From Tubulanus polymorphus (Eukaryota; Animalia; Nemertea): a stretch of DNA of 64,000 nt. The stretch lies in NCBI RefSeq assembly GCF_964204645.1, contig NC_134025.1, forward strand, positions 21,241,101 to 21,305,100, read 5' to 3'. Shown here in pieces: positions 26,439 to 38,454 of the stretch. The position numbers were made by a program, and so were the translations under genes. Under the pieces are notes generated by a model. It saw only the letters and a program-made list of their open reading frames with translations, was not told the origin of the DNA and did no database searches. The stretch's first letter is position 1. Every line of letters begins with the position of its first letter.

Positions 26439-28412
26439 ATGATGGCCAAATATCCACACACAACCACATCGAGATCGGTACCACCAACGAGGGAATGTAT
26501 CATTTTGGGTAACGGTTGGGCTATCAAATCCAGTAAGTATTGTTTGTTATACAATTCCTATGGAAAGTATCGCTACAGAAAAAATATTAAGATTTATATG
26601 TACTTAAATTGACTTGGTTTCTTTATTATTTCTTCTAGGTATAATCAGAGATATAGCTGATGAAATTAACAGTCATGGGAATAATAATAATAATAAAACA
26701 TCGACTATGGTGGTATTTGTCACTCATTATGCGATATCCGGAGATGGGAATATATCCGTGGTTGGAAATAGTAATGAACTCGGCAATTGGAATTATAAAA
26801 AGGGACTTAAGACAAAACGTCTTATGGAGAACTGGTGGATGGCCGTTGTACAGGTGGATGCGACACATGAACAGTTAGAATGCAAGATGGTAGCTGAAGA
26901 ATCTGGACGTGTAAGGTGGGAGGAACGAGCCAACAGAATACTATCATTCGATGGAACACTATCCCAACTGGTCGTTTTGCCCTGGAACAATGACACGTTA
27001 TATGGTAATGTAGATATATCCCCTTGTAGTAACGGACAAATTGAGCGAAGTCTGAGACGCTTTCTAACGAGGGTTATTAGTTCGAAAAGGCCGAGTTAAG
27101 TTGACTTAAACGAGGCAAGAAATACGTTTACACATCAAACAATATTTGAATTCATATAATTCTTGATATTCTCATTTCAGTAGACCACTCTGTATTCTAT
27201 CTTTATCCGTCATTCCATGATATACAGACAGCAGATTGCCATTTGCGTAAGGAACATTCGAAAAAATGTGAAATGCAAATTGGGGTAGTAGAACCATCCG
27301 GTCAGACACGTCCAAAAAACGACGTCGCGTCGAAAGCAAAGGTTAATAAACAACCTTGTGCGGAAGAAAGTAAAAGTCGTGCAAAATCTATCAGGAAACA
27401 CGGTAACCTTCGAATAGTGGAGCGGAGTACGGAGAGGAGCGAAGCGGAATCAGGGGGCGGAGCGCGGGATAGCGTAACCAGGAAACACGGCTGTCGCGAT
27501 AAGATATGCCCTGATCAAGGTGTGGATGGAACAAACAATCATACGACGGCGAGAATTATAAATTGCATATCTCCTGATGATTACGTAACCACAGTTGCCA
27601 GTGAACTTGCGGGCAGCAGTTCCAACGAAGAAGGTGAAGCCACGGCCGATTTATCTGCATCGAAAACAAGAACACGTTGCAAATTAACATCGAACAATGC
27701 ACTCAGCAATTGCCTTCTTATTCCTTACGGTAATAGTTGTCATGCAATAGTTTCATACAATATGTACATGTACCTCTAATGCAGAAAAATATCTTTGATT
27801 CTTGCAACTGCTTTTAATGAGTACAGCAGGAAATGCTTGTTACCTCGTGCGACAGACAGAAAATTAACTTCTGTTTTAAGAATTTCGTGGAATATTTGAA
27901 TACATATGGTGGCCGATTAGGACCGTAAAAATATTACTTGAGAAAAAATAATTTCGTCATAAGATATAAATTTCCATCGAAATATTAAAATAATTTCGTC
28001 ACAAAGATAAATTCCATTGAAAAATATTCGCAAGTGAAAATAATTCCGCTATGAAAAATTAAATCCCTTCGAAATATTAACATGAGTAAAAATAGTTCAA
28101 GGATGAGATTATTTTTTTCAATAGATATTTCTTTTGGCCCTTATTAGCCACCATAAATACATGTTGCTTTATTTTTCAGAAGCTGGAGAGCTGCTTGAGA
28201 TTTCACGAATGCGACAACAACACCGTAGGCAACAAAGTCGTTTGCTACGACGATATCGTTTGAATCGGTTTACGAGTCGCGTTCGAAGTTTCTTCACCCG
28301 TTCATTTCGACCGTGTTTTTCCGGCGGCTCGTCTCCCCGATACAGACCAGTCGCTCGTCCGCGTCGACGTCGTCGTCGAGGTGTCACCGAAACTCCAGTA
28401 ATTCCGCTTTAA
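26439..28412 (+). CDS. CBM20 (starch/glycogen-binding) domain protein with low-complexity linker and Arg-rich C-terminus; 4 exons, about 413 aa
   Basis: Exons 26439-26532, 26639-27004, 27181-27729 and 28180-28412 are joined by three phase-1 GT-AG introns, uniting three separately listed ORFs. CBM20 motifs VVGNSNELGNWN, WW, K, RWEERANR, PWN. AATAAA overlaps the stop (28411-28416). The start codon is uncertain. Confidence 0.72.
27945..28090. repeat. Degenerate AT-rich tandem repeat (about 40-50 bp unit) in intron 3 of the CBM20 gene
   Basis: Three copies of aaataatttcgtca..aaattcc..gaaatatt. Confidence 0.5.
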
Positions 28413-28607
28413 TAAAATCAAAGCAAATACTGCTTTTGGTATATGCTTGTATCCGGAGTTCATCTTGTTTTCCTTCGTCCATTTTACAGTAGAACTCGCT
28501 TAACTCGGATTTTTCAATGCGGATTTTCACTTAATTCCTATAAAATATTTGGTAAATTTGACCTAGGACCATTTAAACTATCATTCATAACTCTATAATT
28601 CGGATAT

Positions 28608-28756
<149 letters not shown>

Positions 28757-28777
28757 TTTTCAAATGCAGTTTTTATA

Positions 28778-28956
28778 CTACCCGAGACGCGGGTAGCCAA
28801 TAACGTTGTTATATATAAATAACAACGTTAACAACGTCATTGGCTACCCGCGTGTCGGGTGTTAATGGCTACCCGCGTCTCGGGTAGCCTATATATAACA
28901 ACGTTATCGGCTCCGTCACGGGTAGCCAATAACCCGCGTCTCGGGTAGCCAATAAC
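28778..28956. repeat. Cluster of imperfect palindromes (CTACCCGCGTCTCGGGTAG) with adjacent CCAAT boxes
   Basis: Units at 28778-28796 (inverted), 28844-28860, 28869-28887 and 28932-28948. The span 28780-28860 can fold as a long hairpin. Confidence 0.85.
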
Positions 28957-28993
28957 GAATTTGCGACTCGGCGTATTCGCTACCGCTCAGGGG

Positions 28994-29004
28994 TATATAT
29001 ATAA
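28994..29004 (+). promoter_or_regulatory. Putative TATA box of the zinc-finger gene
   Basis: gggg-TATATATATAA, with an Inr-like TCAGAC about 27 bp downstream and the ATG at 29069. Confidence 0.45.
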
Positions 29005-29068
29005 TCCTGGAGCGACGTATTCAGACCTTCAACTCGGCAGATCGTTTACGTAGAAATAAGCAGCGACG

Positions 29069-29612
29069 ATGGAACCGGGTCACCCGTCGACACCGAACCG
29101 TCGACCGCAGCCTGTGCCGCTGGCGTCGAAACCAGAGCCTCCATCTATATTGAAAATACCGAAGACCGAGCAGGACGAGGTGGAGCAGCAAGAGTTGCAG
29201 TTGTTCGATATCGACGCCGCGTCGGACGTAAGTGTTCTCGCTTTTCGACCGGCTACAGAAAAGAGCATTTTTATAGGCATTATAATCTGAATTCGTCGTT
29301 CAATTTTCTTTTCAGATACCGTCGACCGAGGAGGACGCGCGAGTGAAACCAAAACGAATCCGAAAACGAAAACGTTGCCCCGTCTGCGGGGAGTTCAAAG
29401 TCAACGTGACGCGGCACCTGAGCGCCGTACACACCCGAGAGGATCGCTGCGCGTACGACGTAACAAAAAGAGAAAACTCGGCCATGAAATATCGTCAGTG
29501 CCCGTTATGTACGAAGATGGTGACTCGACTTGATAAACACCTTACCCGTCACAGCACACACGCGCTACAGAAGAATTCTACTGCGTACGTCGCCGCCATG
29601 AGCCATAAATGA
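29069..29612 (+). CDS. Small double C2H2-like zinc-finger protein (151 aa, 2 exons) with basic NLS; possibly mobile-element derived
   Basis: Exon 1 29069-29227 (GTAAGT donor) and exon 2 29316-29612 (ttttcttttcAG acceptor) are in frame. KPKRIRKRKR is followed by CPVC-x9-H-x4-H and CPLC-x9-H-x3-H. AATAAA at 29636-29641. Confidence 0.7.
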
Positions 29613-30022
29613 ACTTGTAATTAAATTCTCGTGTAAATAAATTTTTTTTTAATTACATCTCTCATATCTCGAGTATTCTTTTTCGTAATGAGGAAGGAAC
29701 AAGGAACTGTCAGTGGAAGAGGTATTATTTCTCAAGTCAGTCAGTCAGTCAAGTCGAGTGGGGTGGTTACGAAACTAACGCCGAAATGACTGCCTTAAGC
29801 AGTGGTTTCACGTAAATTCTTAGCGAGCGTTTATCGAGCTAGCGGCGGGCGGGCGGGCGGACCCGGCCCGACCCGATAAATGCCCGCCTGACTGGCTGGC
29901 TGGCTCGACTTAGTCGCTTTTCTCTATTTTTTTTGCGCGCGCGCCGTCAAACCGCCGGGCCGGCCAGTCGACCTCCGTTCTCGGCCGATCAACGCGCGAT
30001 GGTAGGCGACCGAGTACGCCAT

Positions 30023-30240
30023 TAAGGCTTATATTTGACATGTTGTTTCTCCTAATCAGCCGGGTCATTTTGTAAACCGCAATAAAAATTTGTAATCAGA
30101 TCATTTCTAAAAGCTGCTGCCGGGTCTGTTACTCTTTGGCTTGATCATGATTCGTAAAAAAAGTACAGGGTGGATAGGCGTTCGGGTCAACTTTAAAGCT
30201 CATCAAAATGGAGAAACAAGGTATCACTTTTTTAGCCCTA
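30023..30240 (-). mobile_element. MITE family D copy
   Basis: Ends ggagaaacaaggtatcacttttttagcccta; reverse-complement similarity to 25829-26036 and 50707-50926. Confidence 0.6.
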
Positions 30241-30419
30241 ATTATGGTCCAATGGCACTCTCATTGATAAGATAAAATTCCGGTGCTTTGGTATTTTTAT
30301 TTAACTGTACAAAATATAGATAACACGTGTGAGAGATGTTTAAGATTGATTATACATTACACGTATTCAAAATTAATACGAGATCACTGAGGTAAAATCT
30401 AATTACGAAAAATATTGAA

Positions 30420-33400
30420 TTAACAAATAACAGATTCCGCGGTCTTGCTCTTCGTCAAAGCGGCGCGAGTTTCGTCATCTTGCCGGTCGTCGACTTCGAC
30501 CTTGGCCCATTCTTGTTCGACGCCCGAAGCAAAAATGGCGTAAACGATCGCGCCGAACAAATAAAACGCTGCGCATATGTAGAACACGATTAACCAGCTC
30601 TCTCGTGACCGCTGAAATGATCCGCAAAAATGATCAAATTAATATCAAAATCGTATAGGTCCAGCAGTATTGTATGTACAGGGGCCAGTTGCATAGTCAT
30701 GGCTTAGACTTAAGACCAGTCTAAGACCAACTTAGTTCTATAGCCAATCTAACAACTTGAGACCAGTCTTAAGATTTAAGACCATTTTTGGACTTAAGTC
30801 ACGACTGTGCAACTGGCCCCAGGAGATTAGGACTCACGTCGTAAGTGATCTGTGCAGCGGCAATGGGCGCTAGCATACCAGGTATAGTCGCAACGCTGTT
30901 GCTCACACCGAAGAACATTCCAGCAAATCTACATCATGAATTATATACATAGATTTAGCATATATATACTCAAATTCAATGAATATGTCATTCTTTATAA
31001 CGCCATGTTTTTCATTGGGCCCAACTAGTGGCATTATCAAAGACTTTTACTATTTCTACCCGTTACCTGGGTGCAATATCCACGTGATTAACCGTAAATG
31101 CGCATCTACTTAACGCGCTAAACGTGACGGCTATAACTAGGAAAGTCACAGCCAAAACAGGCTGAGTACATTCTAAGTATCCGGTGGCTACGGTAAATGC
31201 AGTCGGTATCAGAAAAGCTGAAGAAAGAAAACCGGAATTGATGAGAGAATAAGTAACGTAATTGAATGGAAAAAAGCAATGTTCCGTTTAAGTTTATACA
31301 TGTACCAGTTATTTGAAAAAACTTTCGAACAGCCGTCGTGGAATATCGCTTTCTCATCGCATCGGCAACTTCTCCACCGAAAATGGTGATAAGAAACTTT
31401 CCTATGTATGGTAACGCGTTGTAAATTCCATTCTGAAATTTTCGAGATTTTGTGAATGCGATGATGGAAAACAGAATTACCATATATCAGGGGCCGGTCT
31501 CATAGACTGGTATTAACTTTAACACAGAGGCTAATTTCTAATTGAGTTAACCCCCGGTTAAAGTTGATACCAGTCTATAAAGCAGACCCAGATCTTTAAC
31601 GGATCTAGATGCTGCAGATTTGAAATATAAAGAAAAAACATTCGAACATGAGTCGAAAGGAACGAGAAGACGAAGTAAAAAAACATTTTGATTATCATAA
31701 AATGCAGACATTTTTACCTGTTTGATATCAAAATACAGAACGTCGTTCATGTACGTAGGCAGACTAGTCATCATCGTATAGCCGCCCCAATCACTGCATA
31801 CATGGGCTGCTAATATCGCCCACATGGGGCCAGATTTCAGTGATGCCACCCAAGGAATTTTGCAAGTCTACAAAATATTGTACAGTATTCCTGAAGATGA
31901 CTATTTGGATATAGACGAAACGTTGAATAAACAACACTAGCTCAAAAAAACATTTTCGGACTTTATTTTTCTTCATTACTGTGGGATTCTCTTAATATTA
32001 TCGTCGCAACACGGATAGTAACTTCAATCGTGATGTTTTACATATTGTGAACATGTATCGAAAAATAGACACTAAAACAGTTCGTTTCACCAATGACGAC
32101 CATAAACCGATAAGATTTCCGGTACTAGTATTCGATAAATTTTCTTCCAATTTTACGTCAATTGATGGTCTAGTTCTAGCAGAATCACAGATAATTAATG
32201 TTTGGACGTTGTTGGACGTTGTTGGACGTTGTTGGATGGTCGGATAACCTCCCAAATATTCAGAGGAAAAGCCTACGTAATTTTCAAACCTTTGATCTGA
32301 CAGCCTGCGATGTATTGGCGAGAATGAAAGATCGCTCAGCAGGACTAATTCTAGGATGGAGTTCTGGCGAATCGTACACGAGAGTAAACCACAATATACT
32401 CCACATTAGAATTAATCCACCTACAAAGTTAATTATAGCTTGCTCCGCAAAAAAGATTGTTTCGAGAAGTAAACGGCGTTAAGAAGGGAATTAACATTGA
32501 TCATCCGCGTGAACATTACAACTGCACACGCATAATGTATGCTTTCCGTTGTCATCTTACCTATAACGTAGAAAATTGATGACCATCCCACGTATTGGCA
32601 AAGAATACCTGATATGAAAAAGGCGAATATGTTGCCAACCATAGTACCTAAGGATTGAAACAAAATCTAACTTTAAATGCTAAAGATTGTCGATCTTAAT
32701 TAACGTAAATGACTTCAAATTCATCAAAAAAGGTTGATATTTAATATAATCAAATTACAATGTCTGTACTGTTTATTCATAACTTAAAAACGTAAAAATC
32801 TTACGTGAAAATGAATCATATCATAGCATAATATCATATGATTTATTCAAACCTGAATAAGTTAATGCCATCAGTGTCGTCCGTTCTTGAACAGGAGCCC
32901 ATCTCGCCCAAAGTCCGTGCATAGCCGGAAATATTACACCCTGCAGAGAAAACGAAATGTTAGAAATTAGGAATTCGTCCAGTCCTCGAAATAGCTGAAC
33001 AACATAACCAAACAATAATTCGAATCCTTGGTGCACCGTTATTCTATACATGGAGACATGGAAACTCTTGTTAAACCTTATGAATTATCGTTCGCTAGAA
33101 ATTCCAGTAGCTTTTGAGCAAAATGCCTTCATTTTACGATTACCGTAGATAAACCCATAACAAATCGAAGGAAAATGACGGCATAAACGTGTCCACGCGC
33201 GGCTATGGGTAACAGTATAGTAGCAACAGACGCCAACGTAACTCCAACTCCGAAAACGATTTTACTGCCGAATCGGTCACCAATCCATCCGGCGGGAATC
33301 TGCGTTATTATGTATCCCCAAAAAAAGGACGATAGCACCCAACCCTGGGTTTGACGGTCCCAGTCGAATTCTCCTTCCTAGAAATGAATCAAATACGGTG

Positions 33401-34797
33401 TCTATACGTATATAGGCAAATAAGTAACGGTGGATTTCCGGATTTAATCAACCGATTCAGATTGTAATTGAAGGTGACATTGGAAGCATGTGCAGCATCG
33501 CAGTACGGATTGCAAAATGTGTACAGGAGCATCGAATTGTCTTTTTCTTTTTTGTTTCATATTGTGACTTTTTAACTTTATACTGAGTAGAACTACTGTT
33601 CTCTCCTCTTGGCCGTCGTATCATTGTGACAATTATGTATGATTAATACAGAGAACATTGGTCAAGACTGGAAGGTCAACTACATAAATGCTTAAATGCT
33701 ATTCATCAACAACCTGTCAAAAAGACAGTTAGGCCTAAATGCGCTTTGATAATGTGACTCACTCTGATCAAATCCCTTTCTAAAAGATATATCAGCACTC
33801 TAACCCCTATAACTTAACTATTAGCAGCGATTAGAGTCTCGTATATTTCATATTGACTATATTTACTGTGTACCGGTATTTATTTCAGACATATTCTTAG
33901 ATTGAAGAAGGATAAGGGAACTACCCGAAATGTTTCAAGTAATTTTTAAATTAAAATCAATTCTTTTTCAAAATGTATCTACAAGCGTGAAATTTCTTTA
34001 GCAGATACTCTATTTTGGCATATTTCGTTATTCATATTGGAATGGAAATAGCCTACTCACAAATGTGCGCGAGATGGTTGAATTGTCAGGGTTACATTTA
34101 TCGTCACTGGTTTTATACCGGTAAGCGTCAGTTCCATTTGCCGCGACATCATCAGTTTTCACCATGCAGACTATGGCCACGCTCATGTTGAATCGCAAGG
34201 CGTACGCACCCATAAAGCCGAAAAAACCAACGTAAGCAAGAATGTACCTCGTAGAGCAAAATCTCGAAGCTATGAAAAAAAGCAATAAGACAAAAGATCA
34301 TTTTCAAAAAGCTTGCAGATTTATATTATTTTATACAATCGCTTTGAAGGAAGAAAGCAGGTAGAAAGTACGGTGTCATAATTCGTCGCGATTATCGCGC
34401 GAGAGGACAAATTCGGAATGGCTATTTACTTAACCTAAATCATGGACGTCTAGTCTAGTGAATACGCGTTAGTATGGCCTAATTCATATAACAATACGAT
34501 ACCAAAAGAATAGCACATGATTAGAAATGAAATATACAGGGCACAGCCTATAGAGATGGAAAATACAGTATAGTACATGACAGGAAAAGATGTTTCCATT
34601 TTCCAACTGCGGCCCGTATTCAAGGCCACAATCAATGAGCAAATGGATCATATTTTTTTCGTATTATCACTTAGGCACTAATCCTAGTCCGATTTTTTGA
34701 ATAAATGAGTTTTTCAAACGTGATTTCAGATGTCAAAATTATTTATCAAACCATTTAAGGAAAAATGGTCAATGGCCCTACCTGAAGTAGGATCCAT
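30420..34797 (-). CDS. SLC17-family MFS anion transporter (sialin/SLC17A5-like), 11 exons
   Basis: Minus-strand exons (approximate) 34782-34797, 34061-34269 (RYILAYVGFFGFMGAYALRFNMSVAIVCMV), 33144-33377 (FDWDRQTQGWVLSSFFWGYIITQIPAG), 32853-32941 (GVIFPAMHGLWARWAPVQER), 32561-32647, 32290-32438, 31719-31867 (PMWAILAAHVCSDWGGYT), 31306-31432, 31067-31216, 30839-30928, 30420-30611 (FASGVEQEWA..ESVIC*). Family assignment is secure, orthology is not. Confidence 0.9.
30679..30822. mobile_element. Short PIF/Harbinger-like MITE (family E) with CAG TSD
   Basis: cag|gggccagttgcatagtcatggcttag...cttaagtcacgactgtgcaactggccc|cag, with internal ttaagacca repeats. Confidence 0.75.
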
Positions 34798-35690
34798 AAT
34801 TTCCAGGACTCCTCCGAAGACTCCTCCGGCTACATGTATTTCAGTTCAGTTCATCCATCTACTGTCCATATAGTAGAACCGTACTACTGATGCAGCACGA
34901 GCTCCCACACAGTACCGTACTGATATATCGATTGTTCGCTGCTGCTTCGGTAGTGCACGTATTGAAAACTCCAGCTGAGGCCAGCCTTGTCTTTTTAAAT
35001 TAGAACAAAATTGGAATATATAGGTCACTTCTTTACTGAAGCTGGACAATGATAATGCCGACTCGGATGCAGTGCACTCATTCAAAACCAGGATTCGAAC
35101 TCAATGAACTTGTGAATGGAACCTTGGCAAGCGATAGAAGTCGGTACTCATTCCTAGTAGCTGCAGTAGTAAGTGAGCGCGCGCCAGCCCGATTAACCCG
35201 CTACTCACTGATTACCCCACGTTACACCCACTTCTAATCATTTCGCTAACACTTCTATGATTGAATTTATTCATTTCATCAAGCTATCTGGTGAAACTAA
35301 TCAAAGTCCATTCCTTTGTGTTGGTTTTACTGTAATCAGTATTCCCATATTTAAAAACTACGTACGTTGAAACGACAGCGGCCAGCCAGTGATACCGTAG
35401 TGTTTATGCTATGTTCGGGTCATTGGTATTGGCGGATTTTTCATAACATCACACGGGGCGGCCTTTTGGGGTCTTCATTTGAGTGGATCGGAAATTTCTT
35501 TTTTAACATTTAACTTGCGGTCCACCATCCTCGTGGAGTAGTTAATTTGCGACCGGACTACAAATCCGGGACTAGAATTGTTGGCAGTACTATCAAAGGA
35601 CAGACGTGGTTCAATGAATTGAATCCTATGATTGAAGGCACTTAAGTGAGAAATTGAGATTTGAATAAAACGTTCAATGTTCAAATTTAT

Positions 35691-35867
35691 TTACCACTCG
35701 GCACAATTAGGAGGACAAGAGGTACTGCTTGTGGAATGCATGAACGTCTGATCCACGGCGGACGAGGCCATGACCTTGGTGGCCAGCAGTCATAGTAACT
35801 TCATCATCAGTCACTTCAGCCCGGGCTCCAACACGGCTACAAGTACCGAACTCCAGAAAACCTTCAT
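35691..35867 (-). pseudogene. Frameshifted paralog of the secreted Cys-peptide precursors
   Basis: Reads MKVFWSSVLVAV / GARAEVTDDEVTMTAGHQGHGLVRRGSDVH / SCPPNCAEW*. Two frameshifts are needed to align it with 36116-36343. Confidence 0.7.
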
Positions 35868-36115
35868 CGCACCACCTTCAAAATGCATACCCGGTAGTTA
35901 GAAAGCTCGTAGTCCTTCAATCTCGGTCCTGGGCTTTTTTCGGTACGTCTCGTCGTAGATTAGTTATTTTGCAACCGAACTACAAGTCCGGGATCAAAAT
36001 CTTCGGTAGTCGATGATAGAAATGGTTTAATGAATTGAATCCTGTGATTAAAATAGTCAGAAATTGAGACCAAAAATTGTTAATCACAAATTATTAATGT
36101 TTAATGTCCATTTAT

Positions 36116-36343
36116 TCACCACCGCGGGAAAATCCCACATTCACAAGTAGGAGGACACGAACAGGACGAGCGTCGATAGCCCGAGGAATGTACGTTTGAC
36201 CCACGCTGGACGTGGTCAAGACCTTGGTGCCGAGGATGCATTGTCCTTTTCACAACAGCAGGTATTTCATCATCATCAGTCTCTTCAGCCCAGGCTCCAA
36301 TTAACAACATGGCAACAAGAACGAAACAACAGAAAGCCTTCAT
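36116..36343 (-). CDS. Small secreted prepropeptide (75 aa) with a C-terminal 4-Cys peptide
   Basis: Signal MKAFCCFVLVAMLLIGAWA, acidic pro region EETDDDE, KR and RR sites, terminal SSCSCPPTCECGIFPRW. AATAAA next to the stop, splice acceptor just 5' of the ATG, conserved paralog at 37722-37952. Confidence 0.8.
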   Translation of the reverse strand: MKAFCCFVLVAMLLIGAWAEETDDDEIPAVVKRTMHPRHQGLDHVQRGSNVHSSGYRRSSCSCPPTCECGIFPRW

Positions 36344-36439
36344 CGCGCCACCTATTTGAGAATGTCATAGCAAACATTATACGGCTCTAATAACAGTCTT
36401 GTTTAAAGGCGCTACAAATTGATATTATTACCCCCAGCC

Positions 36440-36590
36440 TATAATTCTAATCCATTGTATCAGTCATCATCTCTCCCTGGGGAGAAGTAACATCCGAGCA
36501 ACTACTAGGCGGCCAGGTACCCATTTACTCGAGGGTGAAGAGAGGCAACGAGGCTCTAATCACCCGCCTACACCGCTCCCTTTAGCCATT
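36440..36590 (-). mobile_element. Possible SINE remnant
   Basis: ggtacccatttactcgagggtgaagagaggc resembles conserved central segments of invertebrate tRNA-derived SINEs (recalled similarity only). It interrupts the duplicated unit. Confidence 0.3.
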
Positions 36591-36717
36591 GCTTCATAAT
36601 GAACACGCAAGATATCACAACGACGAATAATTCAAAATGAAATGAATTTGCTGTTTCTTAAACTTTTACCCGCTCTGTTGGTTCTTTAGCTTTACCTTGT
36701 CGTCCCTTTAAGTTTAA

Positions 36718-36851
36718 CATGTTTTGCTGTTTCTTAAAGTTTTACCTGTTTTGCTGTTTCTTGAAGTTTTACCTGTTTTGCTGTTTCTTAAAGTTTTACC
36801 TGTTTTGCTGTTTCTTAAAGTTTTACCTGTTTTGCTGTTTCTTAAAGTTTC
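36718..36851. repeat. 27-bp minisatellite (ctgttttgctgtttcttaaagttttac), about 5 copies
   Basis: Direct tandem copies. The paralogous segment at 38405-38450 has only about 2 units. Confidence 0.9.
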
Positions 36852-36854
36852 ACG

Positions 36855-37445
36855 TGTTAAGTTGTATGGTTGGTGTCTATGACGATATCGTCTTCATTAC
36901 AGACAGCCACATTTATACAGTTACATGATAATCCGTATATCTATTGGGCCATTGATAAAACTTGCAGTGTTTTCTGTGTACAATTCCTGTTTACGAGAGT
37001 AACAGTAATATCGTATGGGCATATTGGGTATCATCATAGAACATGACGACAATAATTCGTTTGAAGTTAATCTTTGAGATAAATTCAAGATTAGTAGTTA
37101 ATCCTCCAACAGCAGCAGCTGCGTTATTTGATACAATGTTTTTAACTGTAAATCAGTGGGTTTATCTATGATAAACTAGATGAGAGGTTTCCCTCATGAA
37201 AACAAAGAGTTCTTGAAAAATCGAGCGTCTTATCAAAGTCTTGGTCTTTGCAAAGCTCTTTTTTTACTCATGAACTAACGTTTGAAAATGCCACTGTTAT
37301 AACCTTTTAAAAGTAACTTTCAGGCCGGATGGACATTATTTATATGAACCGGAAATGAGTCATCAGTTACTTCATCATCAGTCACTTCAGCCCAGGCTCC
37401 AATTTATAACACGACAACAAGAATCGCACTCCATAAAACCTTAAT
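36855..37445 (-). pseudogene. Degraded long-type paralog with the same signal/pro module
   Basis: ATG mutated to ATT and an in-frame stop in the signal (IKVLWSAILVVVL*IGAWAEVTDDEVTDDS). Downstream sequence is homologous to 38455-38950. Confidence 0.55.
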
Positions 37446-37721
37446 CGAGCCACCTATTTGAGAAACTATCGTAGAAAACATTATATAGCTTCAATGTATA
37501 GTGTTCATACCCAGTGGTTAAAAATCTCCTAGTCTTTGATCTTGGACCTGGGCTTTTGTCGGTCCGCATCGTCGTGAAGTAGTTACTTTGCAACCGGTCT
37601 ACAAATCCAGGACTTGAATCTTTGGCAGTCATAAGATAGAAATGGTTCAATGAATTAAATCCTGTGATTGAAATAGTCAGAAATTGAGACAAAAAATTGT
37701 TGCTGTTTAATGTGGATTTAT

Positions 37722-37952
37722 TTACCACCGTGGGAAATGCCCACAGTCGCAAAAAGGAGGACAGGGACAGGACGAGCGTCGATAGCCCGAGGGATGGACG
37801 TTTGATCCACGCCGGACGAGGTCAATACCTTGGTGCCGAGGATGCATTATCCTTTTCACAACATCGGATATTTCGTCATTATCATCGACAGTCTCTTCAG
37901 CCCAGGCTCCAATAAACACGGCAACAAAAACGAAACACCAGAAGGCCTCCAT
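37722..37952 (-). CDS. Small secreted prepropeptide (76 aa) with a C-terminal 4-Cys peptide
   Basis: MEAFWCFVFVAVFIGAWA-EETVDDNDEISDVVKR-IMHPRHQGIDLVRR-GSNVHPSGYRR-SSCPCPPFCDCGHFPRW*. AATAAA after the stop; paralog of 36116-36343. Confidence 0.8.
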   Translation of the reverse strand: MEAFWCFVFVAVFIGAWAEETVDDNDEISDVVKRIMHPRHQGIDLVRRGSNVHPSGYRRSSCPCPPFCDCGHFPRW

Positions 37953-38454
37953 CGCGCCACCTATTTGGGGATTTCATAGAAAAAATTATACGGCTCTAAT
38001 AACGATCGGGCAATGGGTGTAGCTGGTAGTTTTGGATCTCTAGCCGGGGGGGCTTGTGTCGGTCCGCGTCGGCGTGGAGTGACGATTCACCATTGCATTG
38101 GTTCACGAAAGATATCGCAATGGCGAAACCAATTGATTCAGATTAATTCAGAAGGAAATACTGTTCACAATGAAATCGAGGCGATCATATGAAATCTAAG
38201 GTAACAAACTATCAGTCGAATAAAAAACCCTCCTAAATAAGTGTCAGTTGTGGAAGAGTAGAAAGTCCCGCACTGGAATTTTACGAAACTGTTATGGCGT
38301 AGATCATGTACATCACGTAATCGAAAAGCTTCAAAATCTTATCTCGTAAATTCCGGTGTGTGACTTTCACGCTTAACTACTAAAAAATAACCACGGAAGA
38401 ATCTCTTTTGCTGTTTCTTTAAGTTTTACCTGTTTTGCTGTTTTCTTTCAGTTT

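Noticed and set aside
28134-28412. Stand-alone adenovirus/Polinton pVII-like core protein (Arg-rich, FSGG motif)
   Set aside because: There is no ATG at the ORF start, and a strong phase-compatible acceptor at 28179 makes it the last exon of the CBM20 gene. No capsid, protease or polymerase lies nearby.
36719-36928. Cys-rich repetitive ORF (FCCFLKFYL)n, and a superficial resemblance to a CRISPR array
   Set aside because: It is a 27-bp tandem minisatellite with no unique spacers, in a eukaryotic context with no cas genes.
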